Assembly (NCBI GenBank): GCA_964410055.1 | Contig: CAYPGK010000002.1 | Coordinates: 1,642-65,641 of the forward strand | Reading direction: 5' to 3' | DNA: 64,000 nt | Origin: an uncultured Gemmatimonadaceae bacterium | GTDB taxonomy: Bacteria > Gemmatimonadota > Gemmatimonadetes > Longimicrobiales > RSA9 | Notes under the pieces: model-generated | What the model was told of the DNA's origin: nothing | The model's input: the letters and a program-made list of their open reading frames with translations, nothing else | Databases searched by the model: none | Position numbers and translations under genes: made by a program | Part shown: piece after piece, positions 22,610 through 32,310 of the stretch | Numbering within the stretch: the first letter of the stretch is position 1 | How the letters are laid out: each line of letters starts with the position of its first letter

Positions 22610-23749
22610 TCACTTCCCCCCTCCGACCAGCTCCACCGCCTTCTGGACCACCTCGTCCATCGAGGTCGTCGCGCTGAACCCGGCCTCGGCAAGGATCTCC
22701 AGCGCCTTCTCCTCGTTCGTGCCGGTCAGGCGGATGACCAGCGGAACCTTGATGTCGATGCGGCGGGTGGCCTCCACGATCCCGTTCGCCACGTCGTCGC
22801 AGCGCGTGATGCCGCCGAAGATGTTGAAGACGATGACCTCCACGTTCGGGTCGCTCGTGATGATCTTCAGCGCGTTGACCACCTTCTCGGGGTTCGACGA
22901 GCCGCCGATGTCCAGGAAGTTGGCCGGCTCACCGCCGTAGAACTTGATCAGGTCCATCGTCGCCATGGCGAGCCCGGCACCGTTGACGACGTTGCCGATG
23001 TTGCCATCCAGCTTGATGAAGGTGAGCCCGGCCTCCCGGGCCTGGATCTCCGCCTCGGGCTCGGCGGAGGTATCGCGCATCGCCTCGACCTCCGGCCGGC
23101 GGAAGAGCTCGTTGTCGTCGATGTTGAACTTGGCGTCGATCGCCTTAACTTCGCCCTCCGGCGTGGTGATCAGCGGGTTGATCTCGGCGAGCGACGCGCC
23201 GCTGTCCAGGAAGGCCCGGTAGAGCTGCTGAAGGATCTTCGCGCACGCACGCTGCTGCTTGACGTCGTCGTAGAGCGTGGCCGCGAGCCAGTACGCCTGG
23301 TGCGGCAGCAGCCCGTAGCGCGGATCGACGACCAGCTTGCGGATCGCCTCCGGGTTCGTCGCCGCGACCTCCTCGATGTCGACGCCGCCCTCGCGGCTGA
23401 CCATGAAGACCGGCGCCATCGAGGCACGATCGACGATCACACCGACGTAGGCCTCGGAGGCGATCTCCTCGGCCGGCGTGACCAGGACCTTCTCGACGGT
23501 CAGCCCCTTGATGTCCATGCCGAGGATGCGCTCGGCGTGCGCGCGAGCCTCCTCCGGCGTCGAGGCGAGCTTGACGCCGCCCGCCTTGCCGCGGCCGCCC
23601 GCGTGGACCTGCGCCTTGACGACCACCATCCCGCCGTACTTGCGGGCGATCGCCTCCGCCTCCGCGGGCGTGGTCGCCACTTCGCCCGGTGGCACGGGAA
23701 CGCCGTGGGCGCGGAGGATTTCCTTTGCCTGGTACTCGTGAATGTTCAT
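22610..23749 (-). CDS. sucC: Succinyl-CoA synthetase beta subunit
   Basis: [22 protein letters not shown]... Confidence 0.95.
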   Translation of the reverse strand: MNIHEYQAKEILRAHGVPVPPGEVATTPAEAEAIARKYGGMVVVKAQVHAGGRGKAGGVKLASTPEEARAHAERILGMDIKGLTVEKVLVTPAEEIASEAYVGVIVDRASMAPVFMVSREGGVDIEEVAATNPEAIRKLVVDPRYGLLPHQAYWLAATLYDDVKQQRACAKILQQLYRAFLDSGASLAEINPLITTPEGEVKAIDAKFNIDDNELFRRPEVEAMRDTSAEPEAEIQAREAGLTFIKLDGNIGNVVNGAGLAMATMDLIKFYGGEPANFLDIGGSSNPEKVVNALKIITSDPNVEVIVFNIFGGITRCDDVANGIVEATRRIDIKVPLVIRLTGTNEEKALEILAEAGFSATTSMDEVVQKAVELVGGGK

Positions 23750-23767
23750 GACCTCTTCGTCCTCACC

Positions 23768-24772
23768 TCATCGATCCGGACCAGCGCCGCACAACGCGAC
23801 CGGGTCCGCCACGACCATCGTTCCCGCCTTGCCCTGTACGGCGGCCAACCCCTGGTCGAGCCGCGCGATGTGGGCGCGAAGGCCGCCATCGCGGACGAAG
23901 CCGATCGCCGCTTCGACCTTGGGGCCCATGCTCCCACGGGCGAACTCCCCGGCCTGCAACAGCCGTTCGGCGTCGGTCACGGAGAGCACGGAGAGCAGCT
24001 CCTGCTCCGGTGTGCCGAAACGCCGATATGCGCCATCCACGTTCGTCAGGATCAGCAGGACCTGCGCGCCGATCTCTCGCGCCAGGATCTGCGCGGCGCG
24101 ATCCTTGTCGACCACCGCGTCCACGCCCTCGAGCCCGACACTGGGATCCCGGCAAACCGGCGTGCCGCCACCGCCGGCGGCGATCACGATCGTGCCCGCA
24201 TCGACCAGCCGGCGGACCTGATCGCTCTCGACGATGGAGAGCGGCCTGGGCGACGGCGCCAGGCGCCGCCAACCTCCGGGGACGGGACCGACCCGCCACC
24301 CGTGCTCGCGCTCCATGGTGCGCGCCCGCGCCTCATCCATGACCCGGCCGATCGGCTTGGATGGCGCGCGCATCTCGGCGTCGTCCGGGTCGACGAGGAC
24401 CTGGGTGACCATCGTCACCACATTGCGCCGCACGCCGGCCCGGGCGAGTGCGTTCTGGAGCGACTGCTGGACCATGTAGCCGATCCAGCCCGCCGTCGCC
24501 GCGTCCAGCACGCCCAGGGGAAGAGGCGGCAAGTGATCGCTGGCCGCCTCATTCCGCAACAACTCGTCACCGATCTGAGGACCGTTGCCGTGGACGACGG
24601 CGATCTTCCACCCGCGCCTGGCGAGCTCGACGATCGGCTCCAGACTCTCGCGTGTGCGCGCGAACTGATGGCCGATGTCGCCTCGCTCGCCTGGTGCGAT
24701 CAATGCGTTCCCACCGAGCGCGACGACGATCCCGTGCTCGTGCGAAACCTCCGCGTCGAGCCGCGCTAACAT
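23768..24772 (-). CDS. arcC: Carbamate kinase
   Basis: Contains VVALGGNALI, VHGNGPQIG and IAAGGGG. I prefer the ATG at 24770-24772, which is preceded by GGGAGG, over TTG 24796. Confidence 0.82.
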   Translation of the reverse strand: MLARLDAEVSHEHGIVVALGGNALIAPGERGDIGHQFARTRESLEPIVELARRGWKIAVVHGNGPQIGDELLRNEAASDHLPPLPLGVLDAATAGWIGYMVQQSLQNALARAGVRRNVVTMVTQVLVDPDDAEMRAPSKPIGRVMDEARARTMEREHGWRVGPVPGGWRRLAPSPRPLSIVESDQVRRLVDAGTIVIAAGGGGTPVCRDPSVGLEGVDAVVDKDRAAQILAREIGAQVLLILTNVDGAYRRFGTPEQELLSVLSVTDAERLLQAGEFARGSMGPKVEAAIGFVRDGGLRAHIARLDQGLAAVQGKAGTMVVADPVALCGAGPDR

Positions 24773-24869
24773 ATCCCTACCTCCCGTCGGGTGCAACCCG
24801 TTTTCATTGATTTATCGCGCCACGCAGCGCACCGGTCCGGAATCTACATCGGATGGGGGTTCGAGCGCA

Positions 24870-27611
24870 TCACCGCCTGTCCGAGCCCGCGCCCTGCAAA
24901 AGGGCTCGAAGGGCGCTCCAGCTCTCGCCGAAGCCGGCCCAATCGCCGTTCCGTAGCCGCTGTTCTGCCTGGTTCATCAGTTCGAGCGCGTGACGCGACC
25001 AGCTCTCGGGATCGGGCGTCGGCTGCGCCGGTGCGCCCGGCCGCGCCGCCGGCGCCGGACCCGCGCCGGGCGAGTGGAGCTGCTTCACCGCTTCTTCGAG
25101 CGACGGAGCCATGCTCACGGCGCGGCCGTCGCTCACCACAATGCGGGCGAGCTCGGGGATCGGGCTCTCGCGAGCAGAGAGGAAGATCGGCTGGACGTAG
25201 AGGAACGAGTTCTCCAGCGGGACCACCCGGAGCTGGCCGAGGTTGACGCTTCCGCCGGCCTGCCGCCAGAGCGAGAGCTGGGGCGAGATCGCCGGATCGG
25301 CCTCGACCAGCGCCTCGACCTGGCTCGGCCCCGGCACCTGCTGGTCCCGCGGCAGCTCCAGGAGCACGAGCTCGCCGTAATGCGGCGGGTCGCTCCGCGC
25401 GACCAGGACCGCGGTCATGTTCTGCCGCTCGCGGGCGATGAAGGGCATGGGGAGCAGGAACTCGGGCCGCTCGCCGCCCGGCAGCGTGAGCAGGGCATGG
25501 ATCGGCAGGTACGTCCGGCCCGCACTCGACTGCCCCCTCGCGCCCGGGAGCTGCCAGAGGTCCTGGCCCGCATAGAACGTCTCCGCATTCTCGACGTGGT
25601 ACTCCTTGAGGATCTCCGCCTGGGCCAGCAGATAGAGGCGCGGATAGCGAAGATGCGGCAACAACTCCGGCGGCAGCTCCGAGAACGGCTGGATCAACCC
25701 GGGAAAGATGCGGCGGTACGTTTCCAGGATCGGGTCGGCGTCGTCGACGGCGTAGAGCGCGACGTCTCCCGAGACGGCATCCACGACCGCCTTCACGCTG
25801 CTGCGGAGGTAGCGGACGTCCCGGCGGCCGGCAAAGTCCAGGCGGCGAGAGAGCGGAAACGTCGAAGATGCGACGTATCCGTCCAGGATCCAGCGGATGC
25901 GCCCGCCGGAGATGACGGGGTGTGCGTCCGGATCCCACAGGAGGAACGGCATGAGCTCGCTCACGCGGTCGTGGACCGCGCGACGGAAGACGAGCCGGCT
26001 CTCGCCCGTGAGCTCCCTGGAGAAAAGGAGGTTCTTGTCGCGGAAGCGCCACGCGAAGGCGAGGACCCTGGGGAAGGAGCCGAGCCGGATCCCGGCCGGC
26101 CAGTCGGGATCGACCCCGGCGGCCTCCGTGCTGTCCATCACCGGGCCCAGGATGATGTATTCGTTGCCGCCGCCCAGCCGCCCCATGATCTCACCGAAGT
26201 AGATGCTCGGGTTCGCCAGGTCGAAGAGCGACGGCGCGGCGGGGTCCCGCTCGCCCTGGAGATTGCGGAGCCAGCGGAACGGCTCGCCACTCGGCGCACG
26301 CGAAGACGTCGGCGTGACCACGGCGCCCATCCCCCGCACGTACGTCGGATTCAGGTGCAGCGTCTGCCAGGTCCGCGCGGCGGGCGGCAACCCATCCGGA
26401 TGGAACTCCCGCACCGCGATCGCGACCTGCCGCCTCTCATCGCCCTCGCCGTAGCGGTCGTAGTCGACGTCGGCGAATCGGTAGTAGCGGCGGATCGACT
26501 CCACCTCGTTGAACATGGTGGCCAGCGGCTCGGGGTCCCAGAGCGGCAGCTGGGCGAGGTGCGGTGCGAGGTCGCCCCATTCCGGTAGCGCGGCGGGACG
26601 ATAATCCATGCGGCGCCGCTCGATGCGGTGGAGGTCGTAGGCGCGCCGGGTGAATTCGAGGTTCCAATCGATGAAACGCGCCTCGCGGGCGAGCTGATTG
26701 GGTTCGACCTGGAATTTCTGGACGAACGCCGGATAGAGCTGCCCGAGCGCGATCGCCGCCACCCCGAGCCCGCTCACGCCGACGAGTGCGGGCACCCAGG
26801 ACCTGCGCCACGCGCCGTAGAGGAGTCCCACGGAACCGAGCACGGCCAGCATCGCCAGGATCCGCCGGGCGGGGAGTCGGGCGTGGACGTCGGTGTAGCC
26901 GAGTCCGCCACCGATCCCGGTGCCGTCGAGCAGCAGACCGTAACGCCCGAGCCAGTACCGCGCCCCGAGCAGGAACACCACGATCGCCGCCAGGACGACG
27001 AAGTGGAGTCGCGCCTCCTCGACCACGAGGAGCCGCCGCTCGCGAACGCGGATCGAGCCTGCCAGGACGTAGCCGAGCAGCACGAGTGCGATCGACCACG
27101 TCGTGATCAGGAGGAGAAAGTCGATGACGCGGAAGTAAATGGGGAGCGAGAATACGTAGAAGGAGAGGTCGCGGCCAAAGAGGGGGTCCGCCACGCCCCA
27201 CCCGGCCTGGCGGACCCATGCAAGCACTCGGATCGCGTCCTCGCCGCCGAAGAAAAGTCCCGAAAACCACCAGCCGGCCAGGACCGCGGCGGCCAGGCAC
27301 CCGCCGAGCACATAGGCGCGAGGGACCTGCTCGGCGATCTCGATGTTGCCGTACGTCCTGCGGAGGTGGATCGGCCCGAGTCGCTGAGCGACGATCCACA
27401 GGTTCGCCATGACGACCGCCGCCGCCACGCCGCCGGCGGCGATGCGGACGCCCGCCGCAGCCGCCAGCCGGGTCCAGAAGATCGACAGATAGCCGAGCTC
27501 CTGGAACCACAACGCGTCCGTGTACAGCTCGACGGCCGTGCGCCCGCCCAGGAGCAACAGGACCAGGGTGGCGCCGGCCACGAGAAGTGGCCGGCCCGGC
27601 CGTCGGGTCAT
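24870..27611 (-). CDS. UPF0182-family large polytopic membrane protein (function unknown)
   Basis: 913 aa. The N-terminal TM bundle carries the family-typical YTDALWFQELGY and DPLFGRDLSFYVFSLP, followed by a large soluble C-terminal region. Confidence 0.85.
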   Translation of the reverse strand: MTRRPGRPLLVAGATLVLLLLGGRTAVELYTDALWFQELGYLSIFWTRLAAAAGVRIAAGGVAAAVVMANLWIVAQRLGPIHLRRTYGNIEIAEQVPRAYVLGGCLAAAVLAGWWFSGLFFGGEDAIRVLAWVRQAGWGVADPLFGRDLSFYVFSLPIYFRVIDFLLLITTWSIALVLLGYVLAGSIRVRERRLLVVEEARLHFVVLAAIVVFLLGARYWLGRYGLLLDGTGIGGGLGYTDVHARLPARRILAMLAVLGSVGLLYGAWRRSWVPALVGVSGLGVAAIALGQLYPAFVQKFQVEPNQLAREARFIDWNLEFTRRAYDLHRIERRRMDYRPAALPEWGDLAPHLAQLPLWDPEPLATMFNEVESIRRYYRFADVDYDRYGEGDERRQVAIAVREFHPDGLPPAARTWQTLHLNPTYVRGMGAVVTPTSSRAPSGEPFRWLRNLQGERDPAAPSLFDLANPSIYFGEIMGRLGGGNEYIILGPVMDSTEAAGVDPDWPAGIRLGSFPRVLAFAWRFRDKNLLFSRELTGESRLVFRRAVHDRVSELMPFLLWDPDAHPVISGGRIRWILDGYVASSTFPLSRRLDFAGRRDVRYLRSSVKAVVDAVSGDVALYAVDDADPILETYRRIFPGLIQPFSELPPELLPHLRYPRLYLLAQAEILKEYHVENAETFYAGQDLWQLPGARGQSSAGRTYLPIHALLTLPGGERPEFLLPMPFIARERQNMTAVLVARSDPPHYGELVLLELPRDQQVPGPSQVEALVEADPAISPQLSLWRQAGGSVNLGQLRVVPLENSFLYVQPIFLSARESPIPELARIVVSDGRAVSMAPSLEEAVKQLHSPGAGPAPAARPGAPAQPTPDPESWSRHALELMNQAEQRLRNGDWAGFGESWSALRALLQGAGSDRR

Positions 27612-27612
27612 A

Positions 27613-28986
27613 TCAGACCGGTACTCCCTGCGCCTCTAGCCAGCCTTCCACGATTCGACGGATCGCCTCGAGACGCTCGGGTGTGCGGGCCTCGAAGCGA
27701 AGCACCAGCACCGGCTGCGTATTCGACGCCCGCAACAAGCCCCAGCCGCCGTCGAAGAGGATCCGGGCGCCGTCGACGGAGATCACCTCGTACTCCCGGC
27801 TGAATTCCTCGACCGCCCGGCGCACGATGTCGAACTTCGCCTCCTCGGGCACGTCCACGCGGATCTCCGGGGTGGAGACGTAGGTCGGGAACTCGTCGAC
27901 CCGGGCCGAGAGCGGACGATCCGACCGCGCGACCAGGTCGACCAATCGGCAAGCAGCGTACAGCGCGTCGTCGAAGCCGTAGAACGTGTCCGAGAAGCAA
28001 ATGTGCCCCGACAGCTCCCCCGCGACCGGCGCGCCCGTCTCGCGCATCTTCTCCTTGATCAGCGAGTGACCGGTCTTCCACATGATCGGCTCGCCGCCGT
28101 GCGCCGCGTAGACCTCGGGGACCGCCTGCGAGCACTTCACGTCGAAGATCAGCTTCTGGCCCGGGCCGCGCTGCTCGAGTACATCCAGCCCGAAGAGGAG
28201 GAGGAGGAGGTCGCCTCGCACAATCCGGCCATGCTCGTCGACCGCTCCGATCCGGTCCGCATCACCGTCGAACGCCACGCCGAGGTCCGCCTTCTCCTTC
28301 CGGACCAGAGCGATCAGATCGGCCAGGTTCTCATCGACGACGGGGTCCGGATGGTGGTTCGGGAACGTGCCGTCCGAGACACAGTAGAGCGGGACGACCT
28401 CGGCGCCGATCCCCTCGAGGAGCTCCACTGCGACCAGGCTCCCGGTCCCGTTGCCGCAGTCGACCACGACCTTGATCGGGCGCTCCACCTTGAAGCGCGA
28501 GGTGACGTCCGCCACGTACTCCGGCAGGATGTCGCGCTCCTCGCGGCTGCCGGAACCCGACTCGAAGTCGTCGTTCTCGATGAGCGCCCGCAGCCCCTGG
28601 ATCGTATCGCCCCAGATGGCGCCTCCATCGATCACCATCTTGAAACCGTTGTACTCCGGCGGGTTGTGCGAGCCCGTGATCTGGATGCCCCCGTCCGTTT
28701 CGTACCGCTTCGTCGAATAGTAGAGGACCGGCGTCGGGACCGTGCCCAGCGCGATCACGTTGACGCCCGCGGCCTGGATGCCGCGCATGATCCCATCGGC
28801 CAGCTCCGGCGAGCTGGGTCGGTTGTCGTGCCCGACGGAGACCGTGAGGTTCGTGGCGCCGCCCCGACGCCGGCGCAACTCGGTCGCGAAGGCTCGACCG
28901 ACCGCTTCGGCCACCTCCGGCGTCAGGTCGTCGCCCACCACGCCGCGGATGTCGTACTCCCGAAAGATATGTGGATTTGCGTTCAT
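27613..28986 (-). CDS. Phosphomannomutase/phosphoglucomutase
   Basis: The inner ATG (28984-28986) gives MNANPHIFREYDIRG... Also present: ITGSHNPPEYNGFK (catalytic Ser) and FDGDADR. Confidence 0.9.
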   Translation of the reverse strand: MNANPHIFREYDIRGVVGDDLTPEVAEAVGRAFATELRRRRGGATNLTVSVGHDNRPSSPELADGIMRGIQAAGVNVIALGTVPTPVLYYSTKRYETDGGIQITGSHNPPEYNGFKMVIDGGAIWGDTIQGLRALIENDDFESGSGSREERDILPEYVADVTSRFKVERPIKVVVDCGNGTGSLVAVELLEGIGAEVVPLYCVSDGTFPNHHPDPVVDENLADLIALVRKEKADLGVAFDGDADRIGAVDEHGRIVRGDLLLLLFGLDVLEQRGPGQKLIFDVKCSQAVPEVYAAHGGEPIMWKTGHSLIKEKMRETGAPVAGELSGHICFSDTFYGFDDALYAACRLVDLVARSDRPLSARVDEFPTYVSTPEIRVDVPEEAKFDIVRRAVEEFSREYEVISVDGARILFDGGWGLLRASNTQPVLVLRFEARTPERLEAIRRIVEGWLEAQGVPV

Positions 28987-29033
28987 CGATCTCCCTCTCT
29001 CGTGCACGGTCGCCCGGATCTCGGGCCGCGGCA

Positions 29034-29062
29034 AAGTATGCGGCGGGACGGAGAGGCGTCAA
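29034..29062 (-). promoter_or_regulatory. Candidate sigma70-type promoter for the phosphomannomutase/UPF0182 unit
   Basis: The minus strand reads TTGACG-N17-ATACTT. Confidence 0.35.
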
Positions 29063-29085
29063 GCAAAGTCGAGGCCGTTCATACG

Positions 29086-29117
29086 AAAACCGGCCGGCGC
29101 CTCGCTGCGCCGGCCGG
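29086..29117 (-). terminator. Intrinsic terminator after nuoN
   Basis: 11-bp stem CCGGCCGGCGC/GCGCCGGCCGG (29090-29100 and 29107-29117) with a 6-nt loop, followed on the minus strand by TTTT. Confidence 0.65.
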
Positions 29118-29172
29118 CTCGTCGGCCCGGTCCGGATGAATCCGGAAGAGCCCCTGTCTTCGATTCCTTCGC

Positions 29173-30699
29173 TCAGCGACCCGAGAGCGGCAGCACCCCG
29201 GCCGGTGCCTGGGCGAAGATCTCCGTGCTCCGCTCGGCGATCTCCAGGAGCGAGCCCGGGAAGATCCCGAGCCACAGGATCCCGATCACCGCGGCGATGA
29301 GCGCGACCCGGACGCCCGGCGAGATCGCGATCCCCTCGTGCGCCTCTGCGTGCGGGGCGCCGCGGAACCACATGTACCACGCCACCCGCAGGTAGTAGTA
29401 GTACGAGAGCAGCGAGGCGAGGACGAGGATCACCGACTCCAGGATCATGTCCTTCTCGACCGCGGCGCGAAGGATGTAGAACTTCCCGATGAACCCGCCC
29501 GTGAACGGGAAGCCCGCGAGCGAGAGGAGGAAGACCGTCATCGCGATCCCGAGCACCGGCCGCTCCCAGCCGAGCCCGGCGTACCAGTCGATGTCGACGC
29601 GCGACTCTCCCTTGCGCCCCACGACCAGAACGACGGCGAAGGCGCCCACCGTCATCAGCGTGTAGACGACGAGGTAGAAGAGGAACGACGCCGCGCCCGT
29701 CGTGCTCGCCGCGGCCAGGGCGACCAGCAGGTAGCCGGCGTGCGCAATGCTCGAATAGGCGAGCATCCGCTTGACGTTCCCCTGCACCGTCGCGACCAGA
29801 TTCGCCGCGACCATCGTGAGGACCGCGAGCCCGGCGATGAGCTGGCCCCACGTGTCGTGCAGGCTCGGGAATGCCGTCAGGAATACTCGCAGGAACGCCG
29901 CGAACCCGGCCGCCTTCACCGCGGCGGCCATGAAGCCGGCCACCGGCGCGGGCGCGCCGTCGTAGGCGTCCGGCGTCCACATGTGGAACGGCACCGCAGC
30001 CACCTTGAACGCGAAGCCGACGACGAGCATCACCATCCCGACCAGGAGCATGGGGCTCGCGCCGAGGCCATCGACGCCGACGGCGCTCGCGATCACGGAG
30101 AGGTTCGTGCTCTGCGCGCTCCCGTAGATCAGCGCGACGCCGAAGAGGAAGAACGCGCTCGAGAAGGCGCCCAGAAGGAAGTACTTGAGCGACGCCTCCG
30201 CCGCACGCGGGTCGCGCCGGTTCGCGCCCGTTAGCACGTAGACGGCCACCGACATCAGCTCGAGGCCGATGAAGATGACCATCAGGTCACGCGAGCCGGC
30301 GAACACCATCATCCCGACGGCGGCGAGCAGGACCAGCACGTACAGCTCGCCGTACTTCATCCGCTCCTGCTCGAGGTAGCGCTCGGCCGTGAGGACGAAG
30401 AGGCCGGCCGCGAGCAGGAACACGTAGTTCGTGAAGACCCGGAACGCGTCGAGCGCCATCACGCCATCGGTGCCCACCTCGCGGAACGTGCCGAGCCACG
30501 CGTTGGACACGGCCGCAAGCACGATCCCGACGAGCGTGAGTCGCGCGATCCCCGGACGGGATGGCTCGCTCCGATCGCCCTTCTGGAAGACGTCCACCAG
30601 GAGCACCAGCATCGCCCAGACGGACAGGACCGTCTCGGGGAGCAGCGCCCAGAGGTAGTGCGCCTGGGTCGAGAAGTCGAGAAGCATGGGTTCGACCAC
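29173..30699 (-). CDS. nuoN: NADH-quinone oxidoreductase subunit N
   Basis: 508-aa polytopic antiporter-like protein; it is the last gene of the nuoA-N order. Confidence 0.9.
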   Translation of the reverse strand: MVEPMLLDFSTQAHYLWALLPETVLSVWAMLVLLVDVFQKGDRSEPSRPGIARLTLVGIVLAAVSNAWLGTFREVGTDGVMALDAFRVFTNYVFLLAAGLFVLTAERYLEQERMKYGELYVLVLLAAVGMMVFAGSRDLMVIFIGLELMSVAVYVLTGANRRDPRAAEASLKYFLLGAFSSAFFLFGVALIYGSAQSTNLSVIASAVGVDGLGASPMLLVGMVMLVVGFAFKVAAVPFHMWTPDAYDGAPAPVAGFMAAAVKAAGFAAFLRVFLTAFPSLHDTWGQLIAGLAVLTMVAANLVATVQGNVKRMLAYSSIAHAGYLLVALAAASTTGAASFLFYLVVYTLMTVGAFAVVLVVGRKGESRVDIDWYAGLGWERPVLGIAMTVFLLSLAGFPFTGGFIGKFYILRAAVEKDMILESVILVLASLLSYYYYLRVAWYMWFRGAPHAEAHEGIAISPGVRVALIAAVIGILWLGIFPGSLLEIAERSTEIFAQAPAGVLPLSGR

Positions 30700-30708
30700 C
30701 TTCAGTCG

Positions 30709-32310
30709 CTATCGGTCAGAGAGCCCGTCGACCGACCGGCTCCCGATGAGTTCGCCCAGCGGCGGCGGGTTCACGAGGCGCCGCTGATCCACATCCTGCA
30801 ACAGCTCGATGACCGTGACCTCCATCCGCTCCAGGAACGGCTTCGGATAGACGCCGATCCAGATCATCAACGCGACCAGCGGCGCGAGCACGGCCATCTC
30901 GCGTCGGCTGAGGTCCGGCAGATCCGCGTTCTCCGGCTTGTCCAGGGCGTTGAAGACGATCTTCTGCACCATGGGCAGCATGTAGTACGCGGCGAAGATC
31001 ACGCCGGCCGCGGCGAGCGTGGCGATCCACGGGTGCGTCTGGAACGTGCCGATCAGCGCCAGGAACTCGCCGACGAAGCCGCTCGTCCCGGGCAGCCCGA
31101 TGCTCGCCAGCGCGGTCAGCACGAAGACCGCCGCGAAGACGGGCATCACCGAGGCAAGCCCGCCGAAATCGGTGATCTGCCGCGTGTGCCGCCGCTCGTA
31201 CAGCATCCCGAGCAGGAGGAACATCGCGCCCGTCGACGCACCGTGCGAGAGCATGATGATCATCCCGCCCTGCACGCCCTGCAAAGTCAGCGCGAAGATC
31301 CCGAGCACCACGAAGCCCATGTGCGCCACGGACGTGTAGGCGATCAGCTTCTTCGCGTCCGGCTGCACCGCCGCGACCCACGCGGCGTAGAGCACGCCGA
31401 TCAGCCCCAGGACGAGCAGCACCGCCACGATCGTCGGGTGCGTCGCCGCCTGCGGGAACATCGGCAGCAGGAACCGCAGGAAGCCGTAGGCGCCCATCTT
31501 CAGGAGCACCGCGGCCAGGATCACCGAACCCGGCGTCGGCGCCTCGACGTGGGCGTCCGGCAGCCACGTGTGGAACGGGAAGACCGGCACCTTGATCAGG
31601 AACGCCAGTGCGAACGCAGCGAAGAGCCACACCTGCTCGCGGAACGTGAGCGAGACGTTGAGCAGGTCCGTGTACAGGAACGACAGCTCGCCCGTCTGCG
31701 CCTGGACCTTGAAGACCAGGTACAGGATCCCGACGAGCATGAGGAGCGAGCCGACGGCCGTGTACAGGAAGAACTTGATCGCCGCGTAGATCCTGCGCTC
31801 GCCGCCCCAGATGCCGATGATGAAGTACATCGGCACCAGCATGAGCTCCCAGAACATGAAGAAGAGGAAGACGTCGAGCGCGATGAAGACGCCGACCACC
31901 CCCGTCATCAGCAGGAGCATCATGGAGTAGAAGGTCTTCTCCCGCGTCTGGATGTAGCGGAAGGAGCCGAGCAGCGCGAGCGGCATCATCACGGTGGTCA
32001 GCAGCACCAGCAGCACGCTGATCCCGTCGATCCCGACCTGGTAGTGGATCCCCCACGCCGGAATCCAGTTCAGCGGCGAGGCCAGCGTGAACTGGAACGT
32101 GCCGGAAGCCGCGTTGAACGCCGACCAGATCGGCAACGAGACGGCGAGCTCGACGAGCGAGGCGCCGAACGCGACGTGCTTGGCCCGCTCGGCCGGGGCG
32201 AGCAGCACGGCCACCATCCCCACGAGCGGGAACAGCAGCAGGAAGTGGAGCGCCCAGGCCGAGTAATGGATCGAATTCAGAAAGGCTTCCATGCCGCCCT
32301 CAGAATGCAA
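30709..32310 (-). CDS. nuoM: NADH-quinone oxidoreductase subunit M
   Basis: 533-aa antiporter-like subunit between nuoL and nuoN. Confidence 0.9.
   Translation of the reverse strand: MHSEGGMEAFLNSIHYSAWALHFLLLFPLVGMVAVLLAPAERAKHVAFGASLVELAVSLPIWSAFNAASGTFQFTLASPLNWIPAWGIHYQVGIDGISVLLVLLTTVMMPLALLGSFRYIQTREKTFYSMMLLLMTGVVGVFIALDVFLFFMFWELMLVPMYFIIGIWGGERRIYAAIKFFLYTAVGSLLMLVGILYLVFKVQAQTGELSFLYTDLLNVSLTFREQVWLFAAFALAFLIKVPVFPFHTWLPDAHVEAPTPGSVILAAVLLKMGAYGFLRFLLPMFPQAATHPTIVAVLLVLGLIGVLYAAWVAAVQPDAKKLIAYTSVAHMGFVVLGIFALTLQGVQGGMIIMLSHGASTGAMFLLLGMLYERRHTRQITDFGGLASVMPVFAAVFVLTALASIGLPGTSGFVGEFLALIGTFQTHPWIATLAAAGVIFAAYYMLPMVQKIVFNALDKPENADLPDLSRREMAVLAPLVALMIWIGVYPKPFLERMEVTVIELLQDVDQRRLVNPPPLGELIGSRSVDGLSDR

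Noticed and set aside
21197-24769. Very long plus-strand ORFs: 1190 aa here, plus 11448..13604 (718 aa), 55082..57196 (704 aa), 32291..34306 (671 aa), 38933..40990 (685 aa) and 45694..47613 (639 aa).
   Set aside because: All lie antisense to well-supported conserved genes (sucCD, mqn, E2/E1beta, nuoL, nuoF/E, sdhA). Their products are Arg/Pro/Asp/His-rich with no recognisable motifs. Stop-codon scarcity in GC-rich DNA explains them.
28195-28209. (GAG)5 microsatellite.
   Set aside because: It lies inside the phosphomannomutase gene and encodes a Leu run (DLLLLLFG) on the minus strand. It is too short to treat as a contingency locus.
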